This document shows, piece by piece, positions 25,545 through 38,989 of a stretch of 64,000 nucleotides of DNA (position 1 is its first letter; every line of letters starts with the position of its first letter). Under the pieces are notes generated by a model. It searched no databases. It saw only the letters and a list, made by a program, of their open reading frames with translations, and was not told where the DNA came from. The stretch comes from Ginglymostoma cirratum (lineage: Eukaryota), in assembly GCA_024137785.1 (NCBI GenBank), contig JAHRHZ010000009.1, positions 43,387,040 to 43,451,039 on the forward strand, written 5' to 3'. A program made the position numbers and the translations under genes.

Positions 25545-26345
25545 TACAATAGTAACTTTTATTTATATATCTCCCTAATATACGTTATCCCAAGGCATTT
25601 CCCAGGAAGGTTATTCAACAAAGTATAACAGAGCCACATAGGGAGACGCTCAATGACGTGACCAAAAACAGAGAGAGGCAGTAAAGAGTTTCAAACAAGC
25701 AAAAACCAAGTAGAGAGGCAGAGAAGTGTGGAGAAGGCTAGCATTGAAGCAACGGAAAGATAGCTACCAGTGGTGGAGCAATTGAAGTCAACAATGTGGA
25801 AGAGGCCAGAATTAGAGGATCAGATAGTTTGTATGTTTGTAAATTACTGGGGATTACAGAGATAGGAAGGGATCACACAAATGAGAATGAGAATTTTTGA
25901 GAATGGAAGGGGAGGCCGCCATCTACTGGACAAGTCTGGGAATAGACATTGATATTGAAGGGAAGAAAACTACTTCAAGGGAATGGCCAAAGAAACAAGA
26001 TGGGTGTGGGTGCTTGGGTTTGGGAAGTGAGGAGTTAATGCTGCAAGGTGACTGAGGAGGTGCAAGGGTATAGAAAGTAAAGCAAAAGCCACATGGGATG
26101 AGGAAGCCAGGGAGAGAGAGAAAGGCGGCAAGAGTATTGGACAGAAAGGGAACCTGCAAGGAAGATGAGTGAGAAAGAAGCTGCAAAGAAGAGAGATAAC
26201 AAGGTGTAAAGCTGGATGAAACACAGCAGGCCAAGCAGCATCAGAGGAGCAGGAAAGCTAACATTTCGGGTCTGGACCGTTCTTCAGAAGAGAACAGTTT
26301 CAAAGAATTTTCAACACAAGTAATCTCTGCTCCCTGAACTGGGAA
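25545..26345 (-). mobile_element. L2 LINE 3' relic with a short Penelope family-A insert (about 26195-26285)
   Basis: L2-like tail aacttttatttatat...cccaaggcattt; insert flanked by agaagaga. Confidence 0.6.
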
Positions 26346-26599
26346 GCCTTGAATTCACTGAGGTAATGAAATACTTGCAAATAAATGTGGGATCTCTATC
26401 TTAATACTATATATGTTCAGGAACTACTGTTTTGTGGAAATATAATGGATGCCATTGTAATGAAAGCTGTACCTTTAGTTAAACTTAAATCTGAGATTGA
26501 GTTATGAGATGCAGTCAAAAAAAGAAATTAAGGACTTGTTTAAAATATTCCAATTTCTGTCAATGTGATAGGGTTGCATTAGCTGTGATCTTACAAATC

Positions 26600-26900
26600 T
26601 GGTAGGTGTGTTTATTATGATGACCTTTTAATTGTAAAATTATGGTCAGTCATATTAGAAAAACACCGTTTTTGCTCACTTATCTTGTTATCTTACGTTC
26701 ACTTAAATAACACAGTTTCGAGGAAACAAATGCACTTCTCGTGTGTTGATGTTTCAAATTTAACAAATGGCTGATAACTATTGAGGATATAGATGAAGTG
26801 TTCTAATTCTACTTCTGTCCAAGTCCAAATACCACATATCTCAACACAAGTACAAAATGTAATGTTACTACATGACTGCATCAATTAATAAGGAACTCAG
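26600..26900 (-). mobile_element. Ancient Penelope-like RT fragment (divergent lineage)
   Basis: ORF 26699..26884: ICGIWTWTEVELEHFIYILNSYQPFVKFE...ICFLETVLFK resembles PLE RT (DDIFGIW..EE.L..F...LN..HP.IKF..FLD). Confidence 0.65.
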
Positions 26901-27209
26901 TGCAAAAGACAAGTTAGCCCTTGAAATTCAAGACGTAGAACCCCAAAATTAAAACACTCCCCTCAAGAGAAGCCCTCATAACAACTTATATCCTATTACA
27001 GAGAAAAAAAAGGTACTAGAAATGGTATGGATATCTGGTTGAAAGTTCATCTGAACTGAAATATGACACCAAGAATCAGGACACAACTTTGTTTGCAGAC
27101 ATGATGTTGACTGCATTGATCTTACAATTATTTAACTGGAGGAAACTTCTACTTCTCCAGCACTGAATGTGGACAAGCAGTGTGGTAAGTTAGAGCTACT
27201 GAAAAGTTC

Positions 27210-28140
27210 AGAATCATAAGATGAAGGAGAAAAAGTAGGTTATTCAGCCTATCTAGTCAGTTTAACCACACAATGATATCATGGTTGATTTGATCATCCT
27301 GAAGTCGATTTTCCTGTCTTTTCCCCATAACCTTTAATTTAATCATTGATTAAAAACCTGTCAACCACATCCTTGAATATACTTAATGGTACAGCATCAA
27401 CAGCCCTCTGTCATAAATAATCCCGCAGATCACTACCCTCTGAGTGAAAAAAAAATCACCCTATCTGTCTTAAATATACAACGCCCATTTAGATCTTAAG
27501 CCTCTTGTCCTATAGTCTTCCACAAGAAGAAACAACCTTTCTGCGTCAAGTTTCTTAAGTTTCTTGCATGTTTCAATAAGACCATATCTCATTTCTCATT
27601 TCAACAAGTGCAAGCCCAGTCTACAACCATCCATCCTTGCCTGGTATTGCCCAGTAAACCTTCTCTGACTGCCTCCAATGCCAATATATCTTTCCTTAGA
27701 TATCGGACCCAAAACCATTTACAGTACTTTATCTGTTATCCGACTAGTGTGTTACACAGTTTAAGAAAAACCTAACTACTTTCATACTCCATTCTTTTGC
27801 CTCCCCTATTACCTGCTGAACTTGGATGCTAGCTTTTTGTGATTCAAGGAAGAGGACTCTGAAATCCTTCTGTTCCATTGCTTTCTGCAGTCTTTTTCCA
27901 TTTAAATAATAATCAGCTCTTCTATCCTTCCTGCCAACTTGCATAACTTCACACTTTTTACATTATATTCCATCTGCTAAGTTTTTGCCCACTGGCCTAA
28001 CCTCTCTTTATCCCTCTCTGACTCTTTGTGTCATCTTCCCCACATATGTTCCCACCAATTTTTTTGTTTCACGTGCAAACTTGGCTACAGTACATTCATT
28101 TTCCATCATCTGAGTCACTGATATATATTGTAAATTTTGG
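27210..28140 (-). mobile_element. CR1 LINE 3' part, degenerate
   Basis: ORFs give TVAKFARETK and YYLNGKRLQKAMEQKDFRV...QVQQVIG. Confidence 0.8.
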
Positions 28141-28462
28141 TGATCAGAGTACTGTAAGCATCTAAGTCCTAATTGAATTTTATAGATAAGTTTATACATC
28201 TTTAATTGCCTTTTATCAGAATGCTGTTATTATGCCAGGCTTAACTTGACTTGATCATGTCTTATAACTGTTAAATACAAAACTATGGAATACAAAAGGA
28301 TCATTCTACAATTCTTCTACTGATTGGTGTTTTTGAAGATGATTATTTCTCAAACCTCCTGCTTTTCGTTATTTCATACTCTGTAGCCTTCTATTTCCAG
28401 TCTATTGTAATTACGCCACTGGCAGATAGTAAAATCCAAATTATCCCATGCCTTATTTCACT

Positions 28463-31400
28463 CATGTAGAAGTGCCGGTTTTGGGCTGGGGAGGACAAAG
28501 TCAAGCGTCACAGGACACTGGATTATAGTCTAAAAGATTTGTTTGAAATCATAAGCTTTTGGGGCATCATAAGCTTTGTCAGGTGAAGTGAGAGAGAAGC
28601 AGACACAGAAATTATGGGCAGTGAGAGATCAACTGCAGGGAGATCAAAAGACCATACAAATGGTGTAAGTGGAGTGCCCAATATTAACTCTCTGCAGGTG
28701 ATCCAAAGTGTTAGACAGTGTGCTAAAGTGTCAACAGCTTAGTAACAATCAAAGGGATGACAATAATTTGATTAAATGAGGCAGAGAGATAATTACAAAA
28801 AATTAAAAATAAGGTGGTACTGGAGACCAACCAAATAGCTGGAATAACAAAATAAGTATAAGAGTCACATGCTGAGGGTCTAACCAAAGTCATAAGAAAT
28901 CTAAAACTGTACAAAATAATTAAGATAGAGAGATCTTAGCAATTTATCAGGTGATGGTGACTAAACAGGACAGTAAGGAGGATTTTACAGATACAAGACT
29001 GAAGCATTTGTGATGGACAACATTGGCCAAGTCACATGAGTACCTGCTATGTACTTGGTAGGTGGTATTCCCACGTGTGATGTATTATCCATGTCAATGA
29101 TCTGACATGTCTTGCAAAGGTTGACATGACAGGGTTGTGTGGCGTTGTAGTCAATGTTCTCCTGAAGGCTGGGTGGTTTGCTGCAAATGATAGTCTGTTA
29201 AAGTTTTGGCGGTTGATTGAAAGCGAGAATTGGAGACTTAGGGATGATCTTGACAAGATGGTCATCGTCATCAATGACATATTGAAGGCTGCAAAGAACA
29301 TGGTGTAGTCTCTCTGGTGCGGGGAAATACTGGAAGACGAAGGGTACTCTATCGATCATATCCTGTGTCTGTCTTCTGAGGAGGGCATTGCAGTTTTTCA
29401 CTGTGGCACATCAGAACTGGCGATCGATGAGTTGAGCATCCTATCCCATTCTTATGATGGCATCCTTCAAAATCTTTAGGTGCTCATCGTGTTCTTCCTG
29501 ACCTGAGCAGATCCTGTGTATGTGCAGGGCCTGTCTATAGAGAATGGTTTCTTTAACATGTTTAGGGTGGGAGCTAGCGAGGCACAGCATCATTAGATTA
29601 TCTGTAGGCTTGCAGTAAAGTGAGCTACTGAGGTGTCTATCCTTGATAGAGATGCGTGTGTCCAAGAATGAGACTGATTCTGAAGAATAGTCCATGGCAA
29701 GTCTAATGGTGGAATGAAACTTGTTGATATCGCTATGTAGCCAATTCAGCGATTCCTCGTCGTGAATCCAAAGAAAAAGTCAGACCCATCTACTACAGAC
29801 GTTTTCTCCTGCCTCCACCACCCCAAGGCCTCCTACCCTCCCTCGACCTCTTCATCTCCAACTGCCATCGCGACATCGATCACCTCAACCTTCCCACCAC
29901 TCTCACTCACTCAAACCTCTCCCCCAAAGAACGTGCAGCCCTCCACTCCAACCCTAGCCTCACCATCAAACCCGCAGATAAGGGAGGCGCAGTAATGGTA
30001 TGGCGCATTGACCTTTAAATAGCCATGGCCAGGCACCAATTCTCTGACACCTCCTCCTACCACCCCCTCGATCATGACCCTACCCCTGACCACCAAACGT
30101 TATCTCCAAGACCATCCACAACCTTATTGCCTCAGGTGACCTCCCACCCACAGCCTCCAACTTCATCGTTCCCCAACCCCGCACTGCCCATTTCTATTTC
30201 CTTCCCAAAACACACAAACTCGACTGCCCCAGCTGACCCATTGTCTCTGCCTGCTCCTGCCCCACTGAACTTATGTCGTCTTACCTTGACTCTGTTTTCT
30301 CCCCTCTGGTCCAGGAATTCCCCACCTACTTACAGGACACCACCTACACCCTCCACCTCCTGCAAGACTTCCAATTCCCCGGCCCTCAATACCTCATATT
30401 TACCATGGACATTCAATTCCTGGACACTAACATTCCCCACACAGATGGCCTAAAAGCCCTCTACTTCTTTCTCTCCAGCAGGACCAACCAGTCCCCCTCC
30501 ACCGAAACCTTTATCCGCTTAACCAAACACGTCCTTACCCTTGACTATTTCTCCTTTAACTCCTCCCACTTCCTATAGACTAAGGGTGTGGCCATGGGAA
30601 TCCGCATGGGCCCAAGCTATGCCTGCCTTTTCATCGGATATGTGGAACAATCCCTCTTCTGCAGCTACACTGGCCCCATCCCCCACCTCTTCCTCCGTTA
30701 CATTGATGACAGCGTCTGCGCCGCCTCGAGCTTGAACAGTTCATCAACTTTACTAACACCTTTCACCCTAACCTCAAGTTCACCTGGACTATCTCTAATA
30801 CCTTTATCCTTTCTGGACCTCTCTGTCTCCATCTCTGGTGACCACCTTGAATCCAACATCTATTTCAAGCCCACCGATTCCCACAGCTACCTACACTACA
30901 GCTCCTCTCACCCACCTTCCTGCAAGAATGTGATCCCCTACTCCCAATTCCTCCTCCTCCATCACATCTGCTCCCAAGATGGGGCATTCCACTGCTGAAC
31001 ACCCCAGATGTCCTCTTATTTCAAGGACCACAACTCCCCCCCTTCAGTGGTCAAAAATGCTCTTGACTGCATCTCTTGCATTTCCTGCGACTCCTTCATC
31101 TGCTCCACACTCCCTACTAGCCCCACCACCCCTGGCGCCTTTCCCTGCAACCCCAGGAAATGCTACACCTGCCTGTACACCTCCCCCTCACCTCCATCCA
31201 AGGCACCAAAAACCCTTTCACATCAGACAGATGCTCACCTGCACATCCATCAATGTGATCTATTGCATCTGTTGTACCTAATGTAGCTTTCTCTACATCA
31301 GTGAGACCAAGCAGAGGCTCAGGGACTGCTTTGTAAAGCATCTGCGCTCTGTTCACGACAAACGGCAAGACCTTCCATTTCAACTCCCCCTCCCACTCCT

Positions 31401-32493
31401 GGGACGACATTTCCATCCTGGGCCTCCTCCAGTGTCACAATGATGCGACTGGAAGCTGGAGGAGCAGCACCTCATATTCCACCTTGGGAGCCCACAACCC
31501 AACAGTCTCAATGTGGGCTTTACCAGTTTCAAAATCTCCCCACCCCCGACCTCATCCCATGACCAATCCTCCCTCTCATCCCTGGCTCCTTGATCTGACA
31601 CGGCCTGTCCATTTTCTCTTCCACCTATCCGCTCCTCCCCCCTCAGTGACCAATCCCCACCATTGCCTACCTGCACCATCCCACCTACCTTCCACAGCCC
31701 CACCCTTCCTCTTTTTATTTCGGAGCTCCCTTCCCCCTCCCCCATTTCTGAAGAAGGGTCCCGACCCAAAACTTCAACTTTCTTGCTCCTCTGATGCTGC
31801 CTGGCCCACTGTGCTCCTCCAGCTCCACACTGTGTTATCTCTGACTCCAGCATCAACAGCCCTTACTATCTCAAAGAAAATGTCTTCAATGTATCTGGTG
31901 TATATTGTTGGTCAGAGTCCTGTGCAGCGAAGATGTCTTGCTCGAACTTGTGCACGGAAATGTTGGCATATTGGGCTCCAATTTTGGTCACCATGGCTGT
32001 TCCATGTGTCTGGATGAAGAGCTGAAGGTGTCGAAGGTGAAGATGTTGTGGTCGAGGATGAAGCGGATGAGTTGTAGAATGGCGTCTGGAAATTGGCAGT
32101 TGTTGGTATTGAGTATTGAGGCTGTTGCAGCAAAGCTGCATGTTACTCCAGTCATTTGTTTTGTCTCCTGCACCACCTAATTTTTAATTTTTTGTAATTA
32201 TCTCTCTGCCTCATTTAATCAGATTAAGGGTCATCCCTTCACTCGTTATTCAACTGTTGACACTTTACTCACGCCATCTAACACTTCGGAACACCCACAG
32301 GGACTTATTATTCAGCACTCCACTCGCACCATTTGTATGGTCTTTTGATGTCTCTGCCCTGATCTCTCTCTGCCCATAAATTCTTGTTCTGTGTGCTTCC
32401 CTCTCACTTCACCAGACGACGGGACTATGCTCCAAAGTCTCATGATTTCAAATAAACCTGTTGGACTATAACCTGGTGTTGTGTGGCTTCTAA
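28463..32493 (-). mobile_element. Penelope-like element (family B) with inverted pseudo-LTRs, interrupted by a family-A element
   Basis: RT pieces ILQLIRFILDHNIFTFD and SVSFLDTRISIKD..YCKPTD; 28480-28850 is inverted relative to 32143-32490; TSD cttatttcact at 28452-28462 and 32494-32504. Confidence 0.9.
29778..31871 (+). mobile_element. Penelope-like element (family A): RT, GIY-YIG and pseudo-LTR, frameshifted
   Basis: MAMGIRMGPSYACLFIGYVE...FLRYIDD, YFKPTDSHSYLHYSSSHP, TCTSINVIYCIC; TSD caaagaaaa at 29769-29777 and 31872-31880. Confidence 0.92.
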
Positions 32494-32729
32494 CTTATTT
32501 CACTGATTCATTGTTAGTGCTGTTTGTTTTGATTTACTCCTGGGAGGCTAACATAATAAAATTTATCCTTCTTTATTTGATTCCACCAATTATGCTTCTG
32601 AGCCTTGATTCTTTTAATGTAGTGAAATTATTTACTTAATGTTATAGAAACAATTGGTATCAGCATGAATGGTGCAAAAATGCAAACAAATAATTCCAAA
32701 TGAAGAACACTTAGAGTTTTAGAATGTGG

Positions 32730-33535
32730 AATGTGGAAAGAATGTGGAAAATTGCCCGGTATATCCTGTACACAAGAGGAAAAATTCAACTGGTTAATTA
32801 TCATCCCAACAAATTACTCTCAATTATCAGTAAAATGATGTAAGGTATGATCAACAGTGCTATCAAGCAGCACTTATTTAGCAATAACCTGTGCATTGAT
32901 GTTGCTTTCGTATTCTGCCAGGGCCATACAACTCCTACCGTCATTACAGCTTTGGTTCACACATGGACAAAATAACTGAATTCCAAAGGTAAGGTGCGAG
33001 TCATCAAAACCACATTTGACTCAGTGTGCCATCGAGAATCCAAGCACAACTGGGGTCAATGGGAATCAGGTGGAAAACTCTCCACTGGTTGAAATCATAC
33101 CTGGCAAATAGGAAGATGGTTATGATTGTTGGAGGTCAGTCATCTCAGCTCCGAAACATCTCTACAGGAGTTCCTCATGACAGGGTTGGGCCCAACGATC
33201 TTCAATGATCTTCCCCCATCACAAACTCAGAAGCAGGGAGATTTCTGACAGTAAGATTGTGGATCTGAAATGATTGGCCTCCAATAATGAACTTTGCCTA
33301 TTCTAGGTACAGCTCCAAACAGGGGGCAGTCTGCCCTCTGATTCCAATTGACTCCAGTTTTGCTAAGGTTCCTACGTGCCACATTCATTCAAAGGTAGCA
33401 TTGATGTCAAGGACTGTCACTCATACCTCACCTCTGAAATTCAGCACTTTTGCCTATGCATGATCTGAGGGTCTAACTAGGTCAAGAGCAGATTGACCCT
33501 AGCAGAAAACAACCTGAATGGCAGTGAGCATGTTG
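32730..33535. mobile_element. CR1-type LINE fragments (+ strand, then - strand)
   Basis: ORF 33026: TLHWLKSYLANRKMVMIVGGQSSQLRNISTGVP; 33300-33535 is an antisense copy of the same family, continuing at about 34246-34315. Confidence 0.7.
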
Positions 33536-33536
33536 C

Positions 33537-34245
33537 TTTTTACTGCAAAAATATACTTTGTTCATAAAAATTACCTTTATGTTCATACACTAGATACTAA
33601 GATAATTCTGTACAGTCTTTGCAGAAGGAAAAACTAACATAATAGAATTTAATTTTCCTCAAAGTATCCTGCAGTTGCAACAGTGGCATTTTCTACTCCA
33701 ATAAGATACTATTTACATTCATTTTGAGGCAACAAGAGGCTTTGATGACTGAATAAACCTATGTCATACTTTGTCAGAAAGACCTTAGACAATGGTCTTT
33801 CCCCACTGCAGCTTGGCAACAGCTACCCCAAGCATCCATCAGCACGAAGTCCTGGATCTTGGAATGTGCCAATCTGCAACACTCAGTCGATGTCAACTCT
33901 TTACACTGGAAAACCAACAAGTTTTGGAAATACTAAAGATTTTTTTTACCAAGTTGATGGCCTTCCAGGACGAGTCAATGTTTATCTTGGTGTGGGTCCT
34001 GGGGAAAAGCCCATAAAACACAGAGTCCTGTTTCACAGAACTGCTCCAGATGATCCTAACAGAAACTACTGCAGATCTCTCCAGAACTTTGTTACAAAGC
34101 CACATTCCAGAAGGAGATGCATGACATTCACTTCCTCCCTCTCTGCAGCCCATTTTGAGGGCAGCATGTGGTGGTGCAGAGAATTCGGGTGTGCATGAAG
34201 GATCTGCCAGGTAATGCCCTTCTCATCACCGGTCAAGTTATGCAG
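33537..34245 (-). mobile_element. Tx1-clade LINE 3' end
   Basis: EEVNVMHLLLECGFVTKFWRDLQ (zinc knuckle) and SSSVKQDSVFYGLFPRTHTKINI..WKAIN; A-rich 3' end near 33537. Confidence 0.8.
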
Positions 34246-34879
34246 CGAGCAGGATATTGCCAGCAAGTGCTGCTTGATAGGACAGTTGATGACACCTTCC
34301 ATGATTTTACTGACGAATGCTTAGTGATCACTTTATTGATACTGGTTCCACGTTCATTGACAGCAAAATGGCACAAATAAGAATCATTAAGTAATAAGCA
34401 GTACTGAAGTTAATTCATGTTATACTCTAGGAGGATCTGTCATGAAAAATGGAAGTAAGAACCAGTTAATAGTTTTATGCTAATTGTGTGTAATTGGGTG
34501 AGAACTTTTTGGGGCATTATAACTTTGGAGAACATGCAATCTGTTTATGCTGTGTGAGCTGAAATAAATCTGAGTAGAAAGGTAAATGACTAGACTCAGT
34601 CTAACCAACATTTTATCTCTTGGGAAATCACTTTAAAGGATCAAAATGATTAGAGTATACTCCAATTGTAATTTAGTGTTATCTTTTAGCTAATGAACTG
34701 CTTGCGTACATCAACATGGACAGGGACATCCTTAAGAAGGCTTGCAAGCAAAGGAGTTGTTTAGCTCAGATGGTCAGTTTGTGATGCTTGAGATGCAGTG
34801 ACCCTCAGGTTAAACCACCAACAGTTGTCTCTCTTGAATGGGAGAGCTGTGTGGTCCTGTCAGACTATGGTGACTTTTT

Positions 34880-35410
34880 TTCTTTATTAACAAGATGAAG
34901 GCATTGTTGGCTAGACCAACATTCATTGCCCATCCCTAACTGGCTAGATGGTATTGAGAGTCAACCACTTTGCTGTTGGTCTGGAGTTACACGTGGTCCA
35001 GGCCAGAAAAGGATGGCAGTTTCCTTCCCTGAACGACATCAATGAACCAGATGAGTTTTCCCTGATTATCAACAATGATTTCATGGTCATGTTTAGGCTT
35101 ATTTTCATTCCAGATTCTTTTATTAAGTTCAAATTCTGTCTTCTGCCATGGCAGGATTTGAACTCAGGTCCCCAGAATATTAACTGTGTCTCTGGATTAA
35201 TAAAAATTGAAAGAACTGCGAATGCTGTAAATCAGGAACAAAAGCAGAAGTTGCTGGAAAAGTTCAGTGACTCTTCCTCAGAACCCAAAACGTTAACTCT
35301 GATTTTTCCACACAGATGCTGCCAGACCTGCTGAACTATTCCAGCAACTTCTGTTTTTGACTCTGGATTAATAGTCTTGTGATAATAAGACAAGACCATT
35401 GCCTCCTCTG
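34880..35410 (-). mobile_element. DeuSINE-type SINE with a palindromic Penelope family-C insert (35203-35360)
   Basis: gagagtcaaccactttgctgttggtctggagttacac; insert TSD ctctggattaata at 35190-35202 and 35361-35373. Confidence 0.85.
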
Positions 35411-36370
35411 GCTTTTTCTTTACAAGTGAACACGGGATGAATAAAATAATGGGAGTGCAGTGAGGAGTGTCCAAGTGGTTTGTGAATAAGCATAAGAGAA
35501 GGAGTTCACATCAAGAATGATGATTCGATAAAACAACTGAGAACAGCATCCTTCCAGAAGACATTAAAATGGAGCAGTTGTTCTGAATCTGTAATGCTGC
35601 CTGGCAACATTTGGTGAGCTGCATGGAAGGAGAACAGGAGGCTTTGCAGTTTCTGTGTTGTCGATTCCAACTTTAAGGAATATGTTTGTCATATATTTAT
35701 TTTCATCTCAGACAACAGTTCATCTAAAAATACTCAGCTTGCTTTGCTCACCATAGTAATTTCAACATCATAAAGCAATTCTGTGTCTTTACCATTGGGG
35801 GCCAATTTGCTACTTTCAGCACAGTATGACTTTTATGACCACAATCTAGTCAAGGCAACCAAACATAATTCTAATCATTTATACTTCTTTATGTATGGCT
35901 GTAAGTATTCACCATAGGATGCTTAAATTGTTCAACCTTACAATCCGGATTTAACTTCATCAGGTTCCCATAAGAGATGGAGGAAGAATGATAAAATATA
36001 CACCACACGACCTGCATATCAAACTTGACAGTACAAACGTTCTAGGTTGTATGTTTCACAATCAATAAACTACATAGTGAACTCTACTGCATTCAAATTT
36101 GAACCAAATTTGAACACTTTCCTACAATCTTCTCTTTCATTTCACATCTATTTGTAGCACATCTGTTTGTGTTTTATAATTCGTGAATATTTTTAATTCA
36201 TTGTCATAAACAAAAATGGTGATATTACAATGTGAATGCATAATGAATGAGTCAGCTCCTACAGCACGGAGACATGTCCACATATTCTAATTTGAATCAG
36301 TCACAAAATAACCAGTTTCTTTGACACACAGTCATGTTCACTTTATAATAGGCTTCATATTCAATGCATG

Positions 36371-36780
36371 CAACAACAACAGCAACGATGTACTAAGGTA
36401 CTTCACAGGAGCATTATAAGATAACATACTATTCTAAGCTGCATAAGGAGATACTGGAACAGGGGAACAAAATCTTGGTTGAGGAAGTGGGTTTTAAGAA
36501 GTGTTTCAAAAGGAGGAGAGTGATAGAGAGACAGAGAGGTGTAGGCAAGGAATTCCAAAAGTTTGGCAAGGCAGCAGAAGGCACAGCTAAAAATGGTGGA
36601 ATAACTATAATTGGGAGTGCAGTGGACATCAGAATTCGGAGAATGCAGGAGTATGTTGGAATAGTCCAATCCCATGGTAACAAAGGCATAGATAATCGTA
36701 GCATCACATGAGATCATTTCCGCCCACCTGAACAAAGGAGAGACATTTGATGACGATGGTATGGGAAATCATGTCAGATT
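36371..36780 (-). mobile_element. L2 LINE 3' fragment
   Basis: ORF 36403: DATIIYAFVTMGLDYSNILL..FETLLKTHF resembles the L2 motif ETLIHAFVTSRLDY.N. Confidence 0.75.
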
Positions 36781-37484
36781 GCAGATGGATTGCGAAGAAA
36801 AAGAGGGACAAGCTTGTTTCACAACATTGCAATCTTTGCCTACAAAGGACATTTAAATTAGTGATTGGCACATAGAGACTTAATTTGGTTGAATATTCTT
36901 TGACTGGGGATATGGGGGTCACTGAGAAGGCCTCATCATTTTTGCCCATCCATAGCTTTTACTGACATAGTGGTGAGGGCCCTGTTCTTGAACTAATGCA
37001 CTCCCTGTGACTGTGGTGTCTTATCAGAGAGTTGGGAAGAGAATTGTGGAAATACCATCAGCAATGGTGAATGAATGAGTGAAAAATAGAAAGAAAGCAA
37101 AAATGTCATTGATATGTCAGCTTTCATGCCAGCAGGATAGCGAAAACCACTGTACACCCAACAAAATACAATATATGGGTAATATATATGGCAACACTTG
37201 CTTACATTAAGTTTGTGAGAAACCTGAAGTTCAAAATAGAGTTATCATGTTCTTGTAATGTTGGTATTCTGCCCCTTTCTATGATAGAATTTGTCAAGCT
37301 TGGAGTCTGATACCGATCTTTCACATATACACTGTACAGGGAGCTTTAGTTTTTCAGCATACCATTATTTGCAACTAATCAACGGATTTCATTTCCTTTC
37401 TAAATATTATTGTGCCTTTTACGCTGTCTGTGCTTATTGTTGACAATGCTGATTTTTCAGAGCTGTTCTGTTTTCTATTTACAG

Positions 37485-37575
37485 AAAACTGAAAGATTAC
37501 ACTATGTCTTATTTAATGTCATACGCTCCTGCCTATTTAAGAATAATTCAGAAGAATAGATTTGCAGAAGTATAG
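37485..37575 (+). CDS. Candidate terminal coding exon of the unidentified gene
   Basis: Strong acceptor ttctgttttctatttacag|; phase-2 frame KLKDYTMSYLMSYAPAYLRIIQKNRFAEV*; three AATAAA follow. The phase-0 frame KTERLHYVLFNVIRSCLFKNNSEE* is also open. Confidence 0.55.
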
Positions 37576-37627
37576 TTAAATTTACAAATGCCACTGAAGG
37601 TTCTACAGACTGAACACCAATGCGGGA

Positions 37628-37676
37628 AATAAACAAATATCCAGAGCAATTCAAATAAACAGATGAGCTGAATAAA
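37628..37676 (+). terminator. Cluster of three polyadenylation signals
   Basis: AATAAA at 37628, 37654 and 37671, just after the candidate stop codon. Confidence 0.5.
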
Positions 37677-37889
37677 CAAATTTGACTTTGAACACTTGTG
37701 AAACCTGACATACGTTCATGTCATAATCAATAGTAATGCATAATCTAAAGAATTGCGGCCTATTTATTCATTGTTATCTGAAATTATGACAATGTGAATC
37801 CATTGCAAAAAAAGGGTTAAGAACTTTAATGCATTAACCAAGAAAAAATTGAACAAAGTTGTGACTTTTATCCTATTATAGGAAGTTTA

Positions 37890-38380
37890 CAGCAAGATGG
37901 TAGGGTACAACTAATGCCCCTGGACTCATAATCCAGAGACCCAGATTTATGTTCCAGCGACATAGGTTTGAACCCCACCTTTGTAGATAATGCAGTTTTC
38001 CTGTCCCTGATGCTGGACTAATAGTCCCATTTTGATGTCCCACCTGTTCCAGAGGTGCGTAACAGCGTCTCTGAACAGTTTGATTAGAAAATATCCAGAT
38101 AATGAGATATATATGCAATAAAAATCTGGAATTTAAAGATAGTCTAATGGTTACAATGCAACTATTGTCAATTGTTGTAAATGCCCAATTGATTCACTAA
38201 TGTCCTTTGCGGAAAGAAATCTGCCAACCCTACATTGTCTATCCTAGTCGTGACTCCAGTCCCACAACAATGATGCTGATTCGTAACTGCCCTCTGAAAT
38301 GGCTGAATAAGACATTCAGCTGAAGGGAATAAATGCCAGCCCATTCATTAATGCCCACATCACATGAATGAATTAAAAAA
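37890..38380 (+). mobile_element. DeuSINE-type SINE
   Basis: tRNA-like head ggactcataatccagagacccag...ggtttgaacccc; Deu domain gtgactccagtcccacaacaatg; A-rich end. Confidence 0.7.
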
Positions 38381-38989
38381 AACTTAGAAATTATTTATTT
38401 GGAATTTATGAAAGAATGAAGGGAACAGATTGTGTTTGTATAGACCTTTGAATAGGACTAGTGGGTTTAGGGTTGAAGACCTGCTTCCTCACTATGGTAA
38501 TGGAAAATCCAGATGTAACGGTGATCTAGAAAATAGCAAGACTTGTACATAATCCTGGTGCAGAAAGCCAGTGAAGATTTGAACAACCATCTGTGACTCC
38601 AGAGCTAAACCAATATGACTAACAGTTAACTGCCCCGTGGAAATGGTCTAGCAATCCACTCAATTCAAAAGGATGAGCAAAAAATATTGGTCTTGGCGGC
38701 AACACTGACATTTGGTAAGAGAATAAATTTTAACCAATGCTCACACAAAATACAACAATGTTTTGTATTCCACTTCAGGTCAGAGATTGCTACGATGATT
38801 AAACAATGCTCATCAAATTGTTACTCCAAGTTCAGCTGGAGGGTAAAGAGTATAATTCATGCTTTAAATGAAACCATTTTGCAATGATGTACAGGTTGTT
38901 AAAGAAGAAAACTTCATCAGTTTGCCATGTAGAAGAGGCATATATTAACATTGAAATACAGCATCACAAAGGGTAAAGATACAATTCAT

